Assembly: GCA_964522265.1 (NCBI GenBank)
Contig: CAZFVS010000022.1
Span: forward strand, 1-13,122
Length of the DNA: 13,122 nt
Source of the DNA: an uncultured Gammaproteobacteria bacterium
GTDB lineage: Bacteria > Patescibacteriota > Microgenomatia > Daviesbacterales > UBA10151
Reading direction: 5' to 3'
Shown here: in pieces, positions 12,775-13,122 of the stretch
Numbering within the stretch: the stretch's first letter is position 1
Layout of the letters: every line of letters begins with the position of its first letter
Program-made: the position numbers and the translations under genes
Notes under the pieces: model-generated
The model's input: the letters and a program-made list of their open reading frames with translations, nothing else
Told to the model about the DNA's origin: nothing
The model's database searches: none

Positions 12775-13122
<348 letters not shown>

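Overview
Visibly AT-rich, tightly packed bacterial chromosomal window. Gene content and style resemble a small-genome Patescibacteria/CPR-like organism. This is an inference from content, because no marker gene lies in the window. TGA is used as a stop codon, so the standard code applies. I support 17 protein-coding genes. They are: a 5'-truncated RhuM-family gene; a 722-aa membrane protein with a degenerate FtsA/PilM-like actin fold; a minus-strand pair of a DUF4258-like small protein and a 597-aa protein whose C-terminal half carries an amidoligase (GS-fold carboxylate-amine ligase) motif set; a cell-envelope block (sortase, ruvX, mltG, VanW-like protein); a small membrane protein and a secreted helical protein in an apparent operon with thymidine kinase; a divergent Cas4-like PD-(D/E)XK nuclease translationally coupled to an archaeal-type cytidylate kinase; phosphomannomutase/phosphoglucomutase; an orphan HicB-like gene; and the 5' part of tgt, which runs off the window and is absent from the ORF track. 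I saw no rRNA, tRNA, CRISPR array, transposase or integrase. Four non-coding signals are worth a second look. First, a ~100-nt GC-rich element (8141-8250) that folds on paper into a multi-helix structure. Second, a 27-nt GC-rich palindromic core in two inverted copies (6000-6026 and 7954-7980), each read as SPRFAGEAG. Third, a palindrome-rich divergent control region (9456-9727). Fourth, a near-total lack of Shine-Dalgarno motifs. The most interesting candidate for an undescribed system is the DUF4258-like plus amidoligase-like pair (2625-4797). All family calls are motif- and recall-based. No searches were run.
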